DNA of 64,000 nucleotides from Blastocladiella emersonii ATCC 22665 (Eukaryota; Fungi; Blastocladiomycota): contig JANHCV010000017.1 of assembly GCA_025594325.1 (NCBI GenBank), forward strand, positions 248,001 to 312,000, read 5' to 3'. The position numbers were made by a program, and so were the translations under genes. Shown here piece by piece: positions 24,296-37,888 of this stretch. Positions within the stretch are counted from its first letter, which is position 1. Each line of letters opens with the position of its first letter. The notes under the pieces were generated by a model that saw only the letters and a list, made by a program, of their open reading frames with translations, searched no databases and was not told the origin of the DNA.

Positions 24296-26674
24296 AACAA
24301 CATTGCTCACGCAATGGATCATGTATTTTATGGCAAGTAGTCTGCGAAGCAGAGACGGGGATGTCCGGCCCAATCGGACCCTCCACGGATCACAATATGC
24401 ACGCAATGAATTGACTGATGATAGGGATGTACCAAACCAGCCACGCGGACAATTGTCATGGTACTCAATCGAGACCACATTCAAGTCTTTGCTCTCCCGC
24501 ATGTCAAGCTGGTTGAAGGCCCATTAATCACAGTATCGACCCAACAAGATATTTGACCATGGAAACATAGTAAACCAGCCACGCGGATAATTGTCATGGT
24601 ACTCAATCAAAACCATATTCAAGTCTTTGCTTTCCCGCACGTCCAGCTGGTTGAAGGCCCATAAATCACAGTATCGACCCAACAAAGTATCTGACAACCG
24701 AAATATAGCAGACAATCCACGCAGACAATTGTCATGCCACCTAATCAAAACCATATTCAAGTCTTTGCTTTCCCACATGTCAAGCTGGTTGAAGGCCCAT
24801 AAATCACAGTATCGAACCAACGAAATATCTGACCATGGAAATATAGTAAAGCAGCCACGCAGATAATTGTCATGGTACTTAATCAAAACCATATTCATAT
24901 TTTTGCTTCCCCGCATGTCAAGCTGGTTGAAGGCCCATAAATCACAGTATCGAACGAACAAGATATCTTACCATGGAAATATAGTTAACCAGCCACGCAA
25001 ATGATTGTCATGCCACTTAATCAAAACCATACTCAAATGGTCGATTACCCTCACGTCCAAGCGGCCAAGGACCCAAACCGCCAGATACCCAAATCTACGA
25101 CCACGTTGCGCACACTCCACTAGCCAACTCTTCGATCCCCTAATTATGGAGCCCGTCGTCAAAGTCCACGGTCCAATCAACGAGGTAAACAGCGAACTTG
25201 TCAAACTGCCAACCTGCCAACCAAACACCCACGCCGCTTCTCAAGCCACGGTGGGCCCGCGCATTTGCGTTGCCGTCCCAGCCAACGAAGGAATGACTGA
25301 TGAGCCCTGGTAGCCTGCTAGACTGACAGCCTGACAGCGCCCGCTCAGTTGCTATTATCTATCTCGTAGGTAGTCTGGGAGGAGTTCGTTAGTCGATACG
25401 CGACCAGTCTCCTCCTGGCTGCCCGCTCTGCTGCCATCTCCAAGGCCCGCATGAAGATGGGCCAGGGAGGTTTACGAGCATTTCCTATCTCTCCTCTCTC
25501 CGTGTGAAACCATTCACCCGCGGACGGATGCGCACCACGCACCGTGCACCGCGCACCGCGCACCGCGCACCGCGCACCGTGCACCGCGCACCGCGCACCG
25601 CGCACAGCGCACCGCGGACAGCGCCCGATGCACCACACGCTGCGCACACGGCGCCAACGGCCACGCTGGTGTCACGCACACACACTCGCATGAACGGCAA
25701 GCAGGCAAGGCTTCCTCAACTCAACCATGATCCATCGTCCATGTCTGCTCGCTCCAACGGGTGCGCCTGCCTACCCTCCCAGTGCCATCGATTGATTGAT
25801 TCATGTCCAGTGCTGCCCATGCTTTCATGGCCGCGGGGTCCGTCAGAACGCCTTGCAATGCGTGCGCCTGCATGCACCTGCACTGCAGAGCGCTGCAGAG
25901 GGCTGCACAGCGCTGCGGAGGGCTGCAGAGGGCTAAGGCGGCAGGGCTTCTCCTCCTGCAGGGGACAGTACCAAGGCCAAGGAGTGCTAGTGACTACTAA
26001 CGGAATGGTGATTGGCCCCCTTCACACGCTCCTGGCAGGACTGCGTGTGGGCGTGCGGGCGTTTGTGCGTGCGTGCCTTGATTCGTCCACCATCATACGC
26101 GCAAAGTGACCAAGTGACCAAGTGACCAAGTGACCAAGGTGACCAAGGTGACCAAGGTGACCAAGGTGACCAAGGTGACCAAGTGACACACAAGCACCAA
26201 GCTAGGGTGGCCGGGCGGCCATGGAACGTACTGCATGGGAACCATTACCGTGGACTGGCCGCGGCCATTTATCGCAGCACAGCCCTGCCTGGCTCAGGAC
26301 GCGGCGGGCGTGGGAGGCAGGCAGGGTAGATCGGTAGCAGCAGCAGGACCTGGCTAGCTGGCTGTCAAACAACACAAGTGAAGGGGTGCGTGAGGGAGGG
26401 TGTGTTGAATGAATGGATGGGTGGATGCAGGCAGAGAGAGACCTTCATACGTGTCGTGGGTGATGAGGATTGGTTGGCCACCATCCACCAACGCCATGGC
26501 ATGGCTGCGGGTGTCGCTGCGTGCGCCTTGGCGGGTGGTGTTGGTGGGTGGGTGGTCTTGGTGGGTGCTGTGGTGGTAGTGGAGCTAGAGTGGTGCCGTG
26601 GGGCTCTTGGGGTCCCCTTTCCTTCCTGTCTGGCCTAGGTGGGTCGGCGGACGCAGCGCGCATGCGGGCAAGGT
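24296..26674. repeat. Unit U9 (2379 bp): 4 monomers (m3, m7, m8, m9)
   Basis: 3069-5x138. Confidence 0.95.
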
Positions 26675-29329
26675 AACAACATTGCTCACGCAATGGATCA
26701 TGTATTTTATGGCAAGTAGTCTGCGAAGCAGAGACGGGGATGTCCGGCCCAATCGGACCCTCCACGGATCACAATATGCACGCAATGAATTGACTGATGA
26801 TAGGGATGTACCAAACCAGCCACGCGGACAATTGTCATGGTACTCAATCGAGACCACATTCAAGTCTTTGCTCTCCCGCATGTCAAGCTGGTTGAAGGCC
26901 CATTAATCACAGTATCGACCCAACAAGATATTTGACCATGGAAACATAGTAAACCAGCCACGCGGATAATTGTCATGGTACTCAATCAAAACCATATTCA
27001 TATTTTTGCTTCCCCGCATGTCAAGCTGGTTGAAGACCCATAAATCACAGTATCGAACCAACAAAATATCTGACCATGGAAATATAGTTAACCAGCCACG
27101 CGGACAATTGTCATGGTACTCAATCGAAACCACATTCAAGTCTTTGCTCTCCCGCATGTCAAGCTGGTTGAAGGCCCATTAATCACAGTATCGACCCAAC
27201 AAGATATTTGACCATGGAAACATAGTAAACCAGCCACGCGGATAATTGTCATGGTACTCAATCAAAACCATATTCAAGTCTTTGCTTTCCCGCACGTCCA
27301 GCTGGTTGAAGGCCCATAAATCACAGTATCGACCCAACAAAGTATCTGACAACCGAAATATAGCAGACAATCCACGCAGACAATTGTCATGCCACCTAAT
27401 CAAAACCATATTCAAGTCTTTGCTTTCCCACATGTCAAGCTGGTTGAAGGCCCATAAATCACAGTATCGAACCAACGAAATATCTGACCATGGAAATATA
27501 GTAAAGCAGCCACGCAGATAATTGTCATGGTACTTAATCAAAACCATATTCATATTTTTGCTTCCCCGCATGTCAAGCTGGTTGAAGGCCCATAAATCAC
27601 AGTATCGAACGAACAAGATATCTTACCATGGAAATATAGTTAACCAGCCACGCAAATGATTGTCATGCCACTTAATCAAAACCATACTCAAATGGTCGAT
27701 TACCCTCACGTCCAAGCGGCCAAGGACCCAAACCGCCAGATACCCAAATCTACGACCACGTTGCGCACACTCCACTAGCCAACTCTTCGATCCCCTAATT
27801 ATGGAGCCCGTCGTCAAAGTCCACGGTCCAATCAACGAGGTAAACAGCGAACTTGTCAAACTGCCAACCTGCCAACCAAACACCCACGCCGCTTCTCAAG
27901 CCACGGTGGGCCCGCGCATTTGCGTTGCCGTCCCAGCCAACGAAGGAATGACTGATGAGCCCTGGTAGCCTGCTAGACTGACAGCCTGACAGCGCCCGCT
28001 CAGTTGCTATTATCTATCTCGTAGGTAGTCTGGGAGGAGTTCGTTAGTCGATACGCGACCAGTCTCCTCCTGGCTGCCCGCTCTGCTGCCATCTCCAAGG
28101 CCCGCATGAAGATGGGCCAGGGAGGTTTACGAGCATTTCCTATCTCTCCTCTCTCCGTGTGAAACCATTCACCCGCGGACGGATGCGCACCACGCACCGC
28201 GCACCGCGCACCGCGCACCGTGCACCGCGCACCGCGCACCGCGCACAGCGCACCGCGGACAGCGCACCGCGGACAGCGCCCGATGCACCACACGCTGCGC
28301 ACACGGCGCCAACGGCCACGCTGGTGTCACGCACACACACTCGCATGAACGGCAAGCAGGCAAGGCTTCCTCAACTCAACCATGATCCATCGTCCATGTC
28401 TGCTCGCTCCAACGGGTGCGCCTGCCTACCCTCCCAGTGCCATCGATTGATTGATTCATGTCCAGTGCTGCCCATGCTTTCATGGCCGCGGGGTCCGTCA
28501 GAACGCCTTGCAATGCGTGCGCCTGCATGCACCTGCACTGCAGAGCGCTGCAGAGGGCTGCACAGCGCTGCGGAGGGCTGCAGAGGGCTAAGGCGGCAGG
28601 GCTTCTCCTCCTGCAGGGGACAGTACCAAGGCCAAGGAGTGCTAGTGACTACTAACGGAATGGTGATTGGCCCCCTTCACACGCTCCTGGCAGGACTGCG
28701 TGTGGGCGTGCGGGCGTTTGTGCGTGCGTGCCTTGATTCGTCCACCATCATACGCGCAAAGTGACCAAGTGACCAAGTGACCAAGTGACCAAGGTGACCA
28801 AGGTGACCAAGGTGACCAAGGTGACCAAGGTGACCAAGTGACACACAAGCACCAAGCTAGGGTGGCCGGGCGGCCATGGAACGTACTGCATGGGAACCAT
28901 TACCGTGGACTGGCCGCGGCCATTTATCGCAGCACAGCCCTGCCTGGCTCAGGACGCGGCGGGCGTGGGAGGCAGGCAGGGTAGATCGGTAGCAGCAGCA
29001 GGACCTGGCTAGCTGGCTGTCAAACAACACAAGTGAAGGGGTGCGTGAGGGAGGGTGTGTTGAATGAATGGATGGGTGGATGCAGGCAGAGAGAGACCTT
29101 CATACGTGTCGTGGGTGATGAGGATTGGTTGGCCACCATCCACCAACGCCATGGCATGGCTGCGGGTGTCGCTGCGTGCGCCTTGGCGGGTGGTGTTGGT
29201 GGGTGGGTGGTCTTGGTGGGTGCTGTGGTGGTAGTGGAGCTAGAGTGGTGCCGTGGGGCTCTTGGGGTCCCCTTTCCTTCCTGTCTGGCCTAGGTGGGTC
29301 GGCGGACGCAGCGCGCATGCGGGCAAGGT
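26675..29329. repeat. Unit U10 (2655 bp): 6 monomers (m3, m5-m9), rearranged heptamer tract
   Basis: 3069-3x138; heptamer tract lost 14 bp and gained a duplicated CGCACCGCGGACAG. Confidence 0.93.
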
Positions 29330-32274
29330 AACAACATTGCTCACGCAATGGATCATGTATTTTATGGCAAGTAGTCTGCGAAGCAGAGACGGGGATGTCC
29401 GGCCCAATCGGACCCTCCACGGATCACAATATGCACGCAATGAATTGACTGATGATAGGGATGTACCAAACCAGCCACGTAGACAATTGTCGTGGTTGTC
29501 GAACAAAACCATATTCAAATCTTTGGCAACGCGCCTGTCCAGCTAGCCAGGGACCCATGAATCACAGTATCGACCCAACAAGATATTAGACCATGGTAAT
29601 ATAGTAAACCAACCTCGTACATAATTGTCATGGTACTCAAACAAAACCATATTCAAGTCTTTGCTTTCCCGCATATCCAGCTGGCCAGGGACCCATAAAT
29701 CACAGTATCGAACGAACAAGATATCTTACCATGGAAATATAGTTAACCAGCCACGCGGACAATTGTCATGGTACTCAATCGAGACCACATTCAAGTCTTT
29801 GCTCTCCCGCATGTCAAGCTGGTTGAAGGCCCATTAATCACAGTATCGACCCAACAAGATATTTGACCATGGAAACATAGTGAACCAGCCACGCGGATAA
29901 TTGTCATGGTACTCAATCAAAACCATATTCATATTTTTGCTTCCCCGCATGTCAAGCTGGTTGAAGACCCATTAATCACAGTATCGAACCAACAAAATAT
30001 CTGACCATGGAAATATAGTTAACCAGCCACGCGGACAATTGTCATGGTACTCAATCGAAACCACATTCAAGTCTTTGCTCTCCCGCATGTCAAGCTGGTT
30101 GAAGGCCCATAAATCACAGTATCGACCCAACAAGATATTTGACCATGGAAACATAGTAAACCAGCCACGCGGACAATTGTCATGGTACTCAATCGAAACC
30201 ATATTCAAGTCTTTGCTTTCCCGCACGTCCAGCTGGTTGAAGGCCCATAAATCACAGTATCGACCCAACAAAGTATCTGACAACCGAAATATAGCAGACA
30301 ATCCACGCAGACAATTGTCATGCCACCTAATCAAAACCATATTCAAGTCTTTGCTTTCCCACATGTCAAGCTGGTTGAAGGCCCATAAATCACAGTATCG
30401 AACCAACGAAATATCTGACCATGGAAATATAGTAAAGCAGCCACGCAGATAATTGTCATGGTACTTAATCAAAACCATATTCATATTTTTGCTTCCCCGC
30501 ATGTCAAGCTGGTTGAAGGCCCATAAATCACAGTATCGAACGAACAAGATATCTTACCATGGAAATATAGTTAACCAGCCACGCAAATGATTGTCATGCC
30601 ACTTAATCAAAACCATACTCAAATGGTCGATTACCCTCACGTCCAAGCGGCCAAGGACCCAAACCGCCAGATACCCAAATCTACGACCACGTTGCGCACA
30701 CTCCACTAGCCAACTCTTCGATCCCCTAATTATGGAGCCCGTCGTCAAAGTCCACGGTCCAATCAACGAGGTAAACAGCGAACTTGTCAAACTGCCAACC
30801 TGCCAACCAAACACCCACGCCGCTTCTCAAGCCACGGTGGGCCCGCGCATTTGCGTTGCCGTCCCAGCCAACGAAGGAATGACTGATGAGCCCTGGTAGC
30901 CTGCTAGACTGACAGCCTGACAGCGCCCGCTCAGTTGCTATTATCTATCTCGTAGGTAGTCTGGGAGGAGTTCGTTAGTCGATACGCGACCAGTCTCCTC
31001 CTGGCTGCCCGCTCTGCTGCCATCTCCAAGGCCCGCATGAAGATGGGCCAGGGAGGTTTACGAGCATTTCCTATCTCTCCTCTCTCCGTGTGAAACCATT
31101 CACCCGCGGACGGATGCGCACCACGCACCGTGCACCGCGCACCGCGCACCGCGCACCGCGCACCGTGCACCGCGCACCGCGCACCGCGCACAGCGCACCG
31201 CGGACAGCGCACCGCGGACAGCGCCCGATGCACCACACGCTGCGCACACGGCGCCAACGGCCACGCTGGTGTCACGCACACACACTCGCATGAACGGCAA
31301 GCAGGCAAGGCTTCCTCAACTCAACCATGATCCATCGTCCATGTCTGCTCGCTCCAACGGGTGCGCCTGCCTACCCTCCCAGTGCCATCGATTGATTGAT
31401 TCATGTCCAGTGCTGCCCATGCTTTCATGGCCGCGGGGTCCGTCAGAACGCCTTGCAATGCGTGCGCCTGCATGCACCTGCACTGCAGAGCGCTGCAGAG
31501 GGCTGCACAGCGCTGCGGAGGGCTGCAGAGGGCTAAGGCGGCAGGGCTTCTCCTCCTGCAGGGGACAGTACCAAGGCCAAGGAGTGCTAGTGACTACTAA
31601 CGGAATGGTGATTGGCCCCCTTCACACGCTCCTGGCAGGACTGCGTGTGGGCGTGCGGGCGTTTGTGCGTGCGTGCCTTGATTCGTCCACCATCATACGC
31701 GCAAAGTGACCAAGTGACCAAGTGACCAAGTGACCAAGGTGACCAAGGTGACCAAGGTGACCAAGGTGACCAAGGTGACCAAGTGACACACAAGCACCAA
31801 GCTAGGGTGGCCGGGCGGCCATGGAACGTACTGCATGGGAACCATTACCGTGGACTGGCCGCGGCCATTTATCGCAGCACAGCCCTGCCTGGCTCAGGAC
31901 GCGGCGGGCGTGGGAGGCAGGCAGGGTAGATCGGTAGCAGCAGCAGGACCTGGCTAGCTGGCTGTCAAACAACACAAGTGAAGGGGTGCGTGAGGGAGGG
32001 TGTGTTGAATGAATGGATGGGTGGATGCAGGCAGAGAGAGACCTTCATACGTGTCGTGGGTGATGAGGATTGGTTGGCCACCATCCACCAACGCCATGGC
32101 ATGGCTGCGGGTGTCGCTGCGTGCGCCTTGGCGGGTGGTGTTGGTGGGTGGGTGGTCTTGGTGGGTGCTGTGGTGGTAGTGGAGCTAGAGTGGTGCCGTG
32201 GGGCTCTTGGGGTCCCCTTTCCTTCCTGTCTGGCCTAGGTGGGTCGGCGGACGCAGCGCGCATGCGGGCAAGGT
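29330..32274. repeat. Unit U11 (2945 bp): 8 monomers, 15 heptamers
   Basis: 3069-138+14. Confidence 0.95.
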
Positions 32275-35200
32275 AACAACATTGCTCACGCAATGGATCA
32301 TGTATTTTATGGCAAGTAGTCTGCGAAGCAGAGACGGGGATGTCCGGCCCAATCGGACCCTCCACGGATCACAATATGCACGCAATGAATTGACTGATGA
32401 TAGGGATGTACCGAACCAGCCACGCGGACAATTGTCATGGTACTCAATCGAGACCACATTCAAGTCTTTGCTCTCCCGCATGTCAAGCTGGTTGAAGGCC
32501 CATTAATCACAGTATCGACCCAACAAGATATTTGACCATGGAAACATAGTAAACCAGCCACGCGGATAATTGTCATGGTACTCAATCAAAACCATATTCA
32601 AGTCTTTGCTTTCCCGCATATCCAGCTGGCCAGGGACCCATAAATCACAGTATCGAACGAACAAGATATCTTACCATGGAAATATAGTTAACCAGCCACG
32701 CGGACAATTGTCATGGTACTCAATCGAGACCACATTCAAGTCTTTGCTCTCCCGCATGTCAAGCTGGTTGAAGGCCCATTAATCACAGTATCGACCCAAC
32801 AAGATATTTGACCATGGAAACATAGTAAACCAGCCACGCGGATAATTGTCATGGTACTCAATCAAAACCATATTCATATTTTTGCTTCCCCGCATGTCAA
32901 GCTGGTTGAAGACCCATAAATCACAGTATCGAACCAACAAAATATCTGACCATGGAAATATAGTTAACCAGCCACGCGGATAATTGTCATGGTACTCAAT
33001 CAAAACCATATTCATATTTTTGCTTCCCCGCACGTCCAGCTGGTTGAAGGCCCATAAATCACAGTATCGACCCAACAAAGTATCTGACAACCGAAATATA
33101 GCAGACAATCCACGCAGACAATTGTCATGCCACCTAATCAAAACCATATTCAAGTCTTTGCTTTCCCACATGTCAAGCTGGTTGAAGGCCCATAAATCAC
33201 AGTATCGAACCAACGAAATATCTGACCATGGAAATATAGTAAAGCAGCCACGCAGATAATTGTCATGGTACTTAATCAAAACCATATTCATATTTTTGCT
33301 TCCCCGCATGTCAAGCTGGTTGAAGGCCCATAAATCACAGTATCGAACGAACAAGATATCTTACCATGGAAATATAGTTAACCAGCCACGCAAATGATTG
33401 TCATGCCACTTAATCAAAACCATACTCAAATGGTCGATTACCCTCACGTCCAAGCGGCCAAGGACCCAAACCGCCAGATACCCAAATCTACGACCACGTT
33501 GCGCACACTCCACTAGCCAACTCTTCGATCCCCTAATTATGGAGCCCGTCGTCAAAGTCCACGGTCCAATCAACGAGGTAAACAGCGAACTTGTCAAACT
33601 GCCAACCTGCCAACCAAACACCCACGCCGCTTCTCAAGCCACGGTGGGCCCGCGCATTTGCGTTGCCGTCCCAGCCAACGAAGGAATGACTGATGAGCCC
33701 TGGTAGCCTGCTAGACTGACAGCCTGACAGCGCCCGCTCAGTTGCTATTATCTATCTCGTAGGTAGTCTGGGAGGAGTTCGTTAGTCGATACGCGACCAG
33801 TCTCCTCCTGGCTGCCCGCTCTGCTGCCATCTCCAAGGCCCGCATGAAGATGGGCCAGGGAGGTTTACGAGCATTTCCTATCTCTCCTCTCTCCGTGTGA
33901 AACCATTCACCCGCGGACGGATGCGCACCACGCACCGTGCACCGCGCACCGCGCACCGCGCACCGCGCACCGTGCACCGCGCACCGCGCACCGCGCACAG
34001 CGCACCGCGGACAGCGCACCGCGGACAGCGCCCGATGCACCACACGCTGCGCACACGGCGCCAACGGCCACGCTGGTGTCACGCACACACACTCGCATGA
34101 ACGGCAAGCAGGCAAGGCTTCCTCAACTCAACCATGATCCATCGTCCATGTCTGCTCGCTCCAACGGGTGCGCCTGCCTACCCTCCCAGTGCCATCGATT
34201 GATTGATTCATGTCCAGTGCTGCCCATGCTTTCATGGCCGCGGGGTCCGTCAGAACGCCTTGCAATGCGTGCGCCTGCATGCACCTGCACTGCAGAGCGC
34301 TGCAGAGGGCTGCACAGCGCTGCGGAGGGCTGCAGAGGGCTAAGGCGGCAGGGCTTCTCCTCCTGCAGGGGACAGTACCAAGGCCAAGGAGTGCTAGTGA
34401 CTACTAACGGAATGGTGATTGGCCCCCTTCACACGCTCCTGGCAGGACTGCGTGTGGGCGTGCGGGCGTTTGTGCGTGCGTGCCTTGATTCGTCCACCAT
34501 CATACGCGCAAAGTGACCAAGTGACCAAGTGACCAAGTGACCAAGGTGACCAAGGTGACCAAGGTGACCAAGGTGACCAAGGTGACCAAGTGACACACAA
34601 GCACCAAGCTAGGGTGGCCGGGCGGCCATGGAACGTACTGCATGGGAACCATTACCGTGGACTGGCCGCGGCCATTTATCGCAGCACAGCCCTGCCTGGC
34701 TCAGGACGCGGCGGGCGTGGGAGGCAGGCAGGGTAGATCGGTAGCAGCAGCAGGACCTGGCTAGCTGGCTGTCAAACAACACAAGTGAAGGGGTGCGTGA
34801 GGGAGGGTGTGTTGAATGAATGGATGGGTGGATGCAGGCAGAGAGAGACCTTCATACGTGTCGTGGGTGATGAGGATTGGTTGGCCACCATCCACCAACG
34901 CCATGGCATGGCTGCGGGTGTCGCTGCGTGCGCCTTGGCGGGTGGTGTTGGTGGGTGGGTGGTCTTGGTGGGTGCTGTGGTGGTAGTGGAGCTAGAGTGG
35001 TGCCGTGGGGCTCTTGGGGTCCCCTTTCCTTCCTGTCTGGCCTAGGTGGGTCGGCGGACGCAGCGCGCATGCGGGCAAGGTAACAACATTGCTCACGCAA
35101 TGGATCATGTATTTTATGGCAAGTAGTCTGCGAAGCAGAGACGGGGATGTCCGGCCCAATCGGACCCTCCACGGATCACAATATGCACGCAATGAATTGA

Positions 35201-37888
35201 CTGATGATAGGGATGTACCGAACCAGCCACGCGGACAATTGTCATGGTACTCAATCGAGACCACATTCAAGTCTTTGCTCTCCCGCATGTCAAGCTGGTT
35301 GAAGGCCCATTAATCACAGTATCGACCCAACAAGATATTTGACCATGGAAACATAGTAAACCAGCCACGCGGATAATTGTCATGGTACTCAATCAAAACC
35401 ATATTCAAGTCTTTGCTTTCCCGCATATCCAGCTGGCCAGGGACCCATAAATCACAGTATCGAACGAACAAGATATCTTACCATGGAAATATAGTTAACC
35501 AGCCACGCGGACAATTGTCATGGTACTCAATCGAGACCACATTCAAGTCTTTGCTCTCCCGCATGTCAAGCTGGTTGAAGGCCCATTAATCACAGTATCG
35601 ACCCAACAAGATATTTGACCATGGAAACATAGTAAACCAGCCACGCGGATAATTGTCATGGTACTCAATCAAAACCATATTCATATTTTTGCTTCCCCGC
35701 ATGTCAAGCTGGTTGAAGACCCATAAATCACAGTATCGAACCAACAAAATATCTGACCATGGAAATATAGTTAACCAGCCACGCGGATAATTGTCATGGT
35801 ACTCAATCAAAACCATATTCATATTTTTGCTTCCCCGCACGTCCAGCTGGTTGAAGGCCCATAAATCACAGTATCGACCCAACAAAGTATCTGACAACCG
35901 AAATATAGCAGACAATCCACGCAGACAATTGTCATGCCACCTAATCAAAACCATATTCAAGTCTTTGCTTTCCCACATGTCAAGCTGGTTGAAGGCCCAT
36001 AAATCACAGTATCGAACCAACGAAATATCTGACCATGGAAATATAGTAAAGCAGCCACGCAGATAATTGTCATGGTACTTAATCAAAACCATATTCATAT
36101 TTTTGCTTCCCCGCATGTCAAGCTGGTTGAAGGCCCATAAATCACAGTATCGAACGAACAAGATATCTTACCATGGAAATATAGTTAACCAGCCACGCAA
36201 ATGATTGTCATGCCACTTAATCAAAACCATACTCAAATGGTCGATTACCCTCACGTCCAAGCGGCCAAGGACCCAAACCGCCAGATACCCAAATCTACGA
36301 CCACGTTGCGCACACTCCACTAGCCAACTCTTCGATCCCCTAATTATGGAGCCCGTCGTCAAAGTCCACGGTCCAATCAACGAGGTAAACAGCGAACTTG
36401 TCAAACTGCCAACCTGCCAACCAAACACCCACGCCGCTTCTCAAGCCACGGTGGGCCCGCGCATTTGCGTTGCCGTCCCAGCCAACGAAGGAATGACTGA
36501 TGAGCCCTGGTAGCCTGCTAGACTGACAGCCTGACAGCGCCCGCTCAGTTGCTATTATCTATCTCGTAGGTAGTCTGGGAGGAGTTCGTTAGTCGATACG
36601 CGACCAGTCTCCTCCTGGCTGCCCGCTCTGCTGCCATCTCCAAGGCCCGCATGAAGATGGGCCAGGGAGGTTTACGAGCATTTCCTATCTCTCCTCTCTC
36701 CGTGTGAAACCATTCACCCGCGGACGGATGCGCACCACGCACCGTGCACCGCGCACCGCGCACCGCGCACCGCGCACCGTGCACCGCGCACCGCGCACCG
36801 CGCACAGCGCACCGCGGACAGCGCACCGCGGACAGCGCCCGATGCACCACACGCTGCGCACACGGCGCCAACGGCCACGCTGGTGTCACGCACACACACT
36901 CGCATGAACGGCAAGCAGGCAAGGCTTCCTCAACTCAACCATGATCCATCGTCCATGTCTGCTCGCTCCAACGGGTGCGCCTGCCTACCCTCCCAGTGCC
37001 ATCGATTGATTGATTCATGTCCAGTGCTGCCCATGCTTTCATGGCCGCGGGGTCCGTCAGAACGCCTTGCAATGCGTGCGCCTGCATGCACCTGCACTGC
37101 AGAGCGCTGCAGAGGGCTGCACAGCGCTGCGGAGGGCTGCAGAGGGCTAAGGCGGCAGGGCTTCTCCTCCTGCAGGGGACAGTACCAAGGCCAAGGAGTG
37201 CTAGTGACTACTAACGGAATGGTGATTGGCCCCCTTCACACGCTCCTGGCAGGACTGCGTGTGGGCGTGCGGGCGTTTGTGCGTGCGTGCCTTGATTCGT
37301 CCACCATCATACGCGCAAAGTGACCAAGTGACCAAGTGACCAAGTGACCAAGGTGACCAAGGTGACCAAGGTGACCAAGGTGACCAAGGTGACCAAGTGA
37401 CACACAAGCACCAAGCTAGGGTGGCCGGGCGGCCATGGAACGTACTGCATGGGAACCATTACCGTGGACTGGCCGCGGCCATTTATCGCAGCACAGCCCT
37501 GCCTGGCTCAGGACGCGGCGGGCGTGGGAGGCAGGCAGGGTAGATCGGTAGCAGCAGCAGGACCTGGCTAGCTGGCTGTCAAACAACACAAGTGAAGGGG
37601 TGCGTGAGGGAGGGTGTGTTGAATGAATGGATGGGTGGATGCAGGCAGAGAGAGACCTTCATACGTGTCGTGGGTGATGAGGATTGGTTGGCCACCATCC
37701 ACCAACGCCATGGCATGGCTGCGGGTGTCGCTGCGTGCGCCTTGGCGGGTGGTGTTGGTGGGTGGGTGGTCTTGGTGGGTGCTGTGGTGGTAGTGGAGCT
37801 AGAGTGGTGCCGTGGGGCTCTTGGGGTCCCCTTTCCTTCCTGTCTGGCCTAGGTGGGTCGGCGGACGCAGCGCGCATGCGGGCAAGGT
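32275..37888. repeat. Units U12-U13 (2807 bp each): 7 mosaic monomers, 15 heptamers; apparently identical pair
   Basis: 3069-276+14; shared G32413/G35220 and the same hybrid monomers. Confidence 0.95.
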
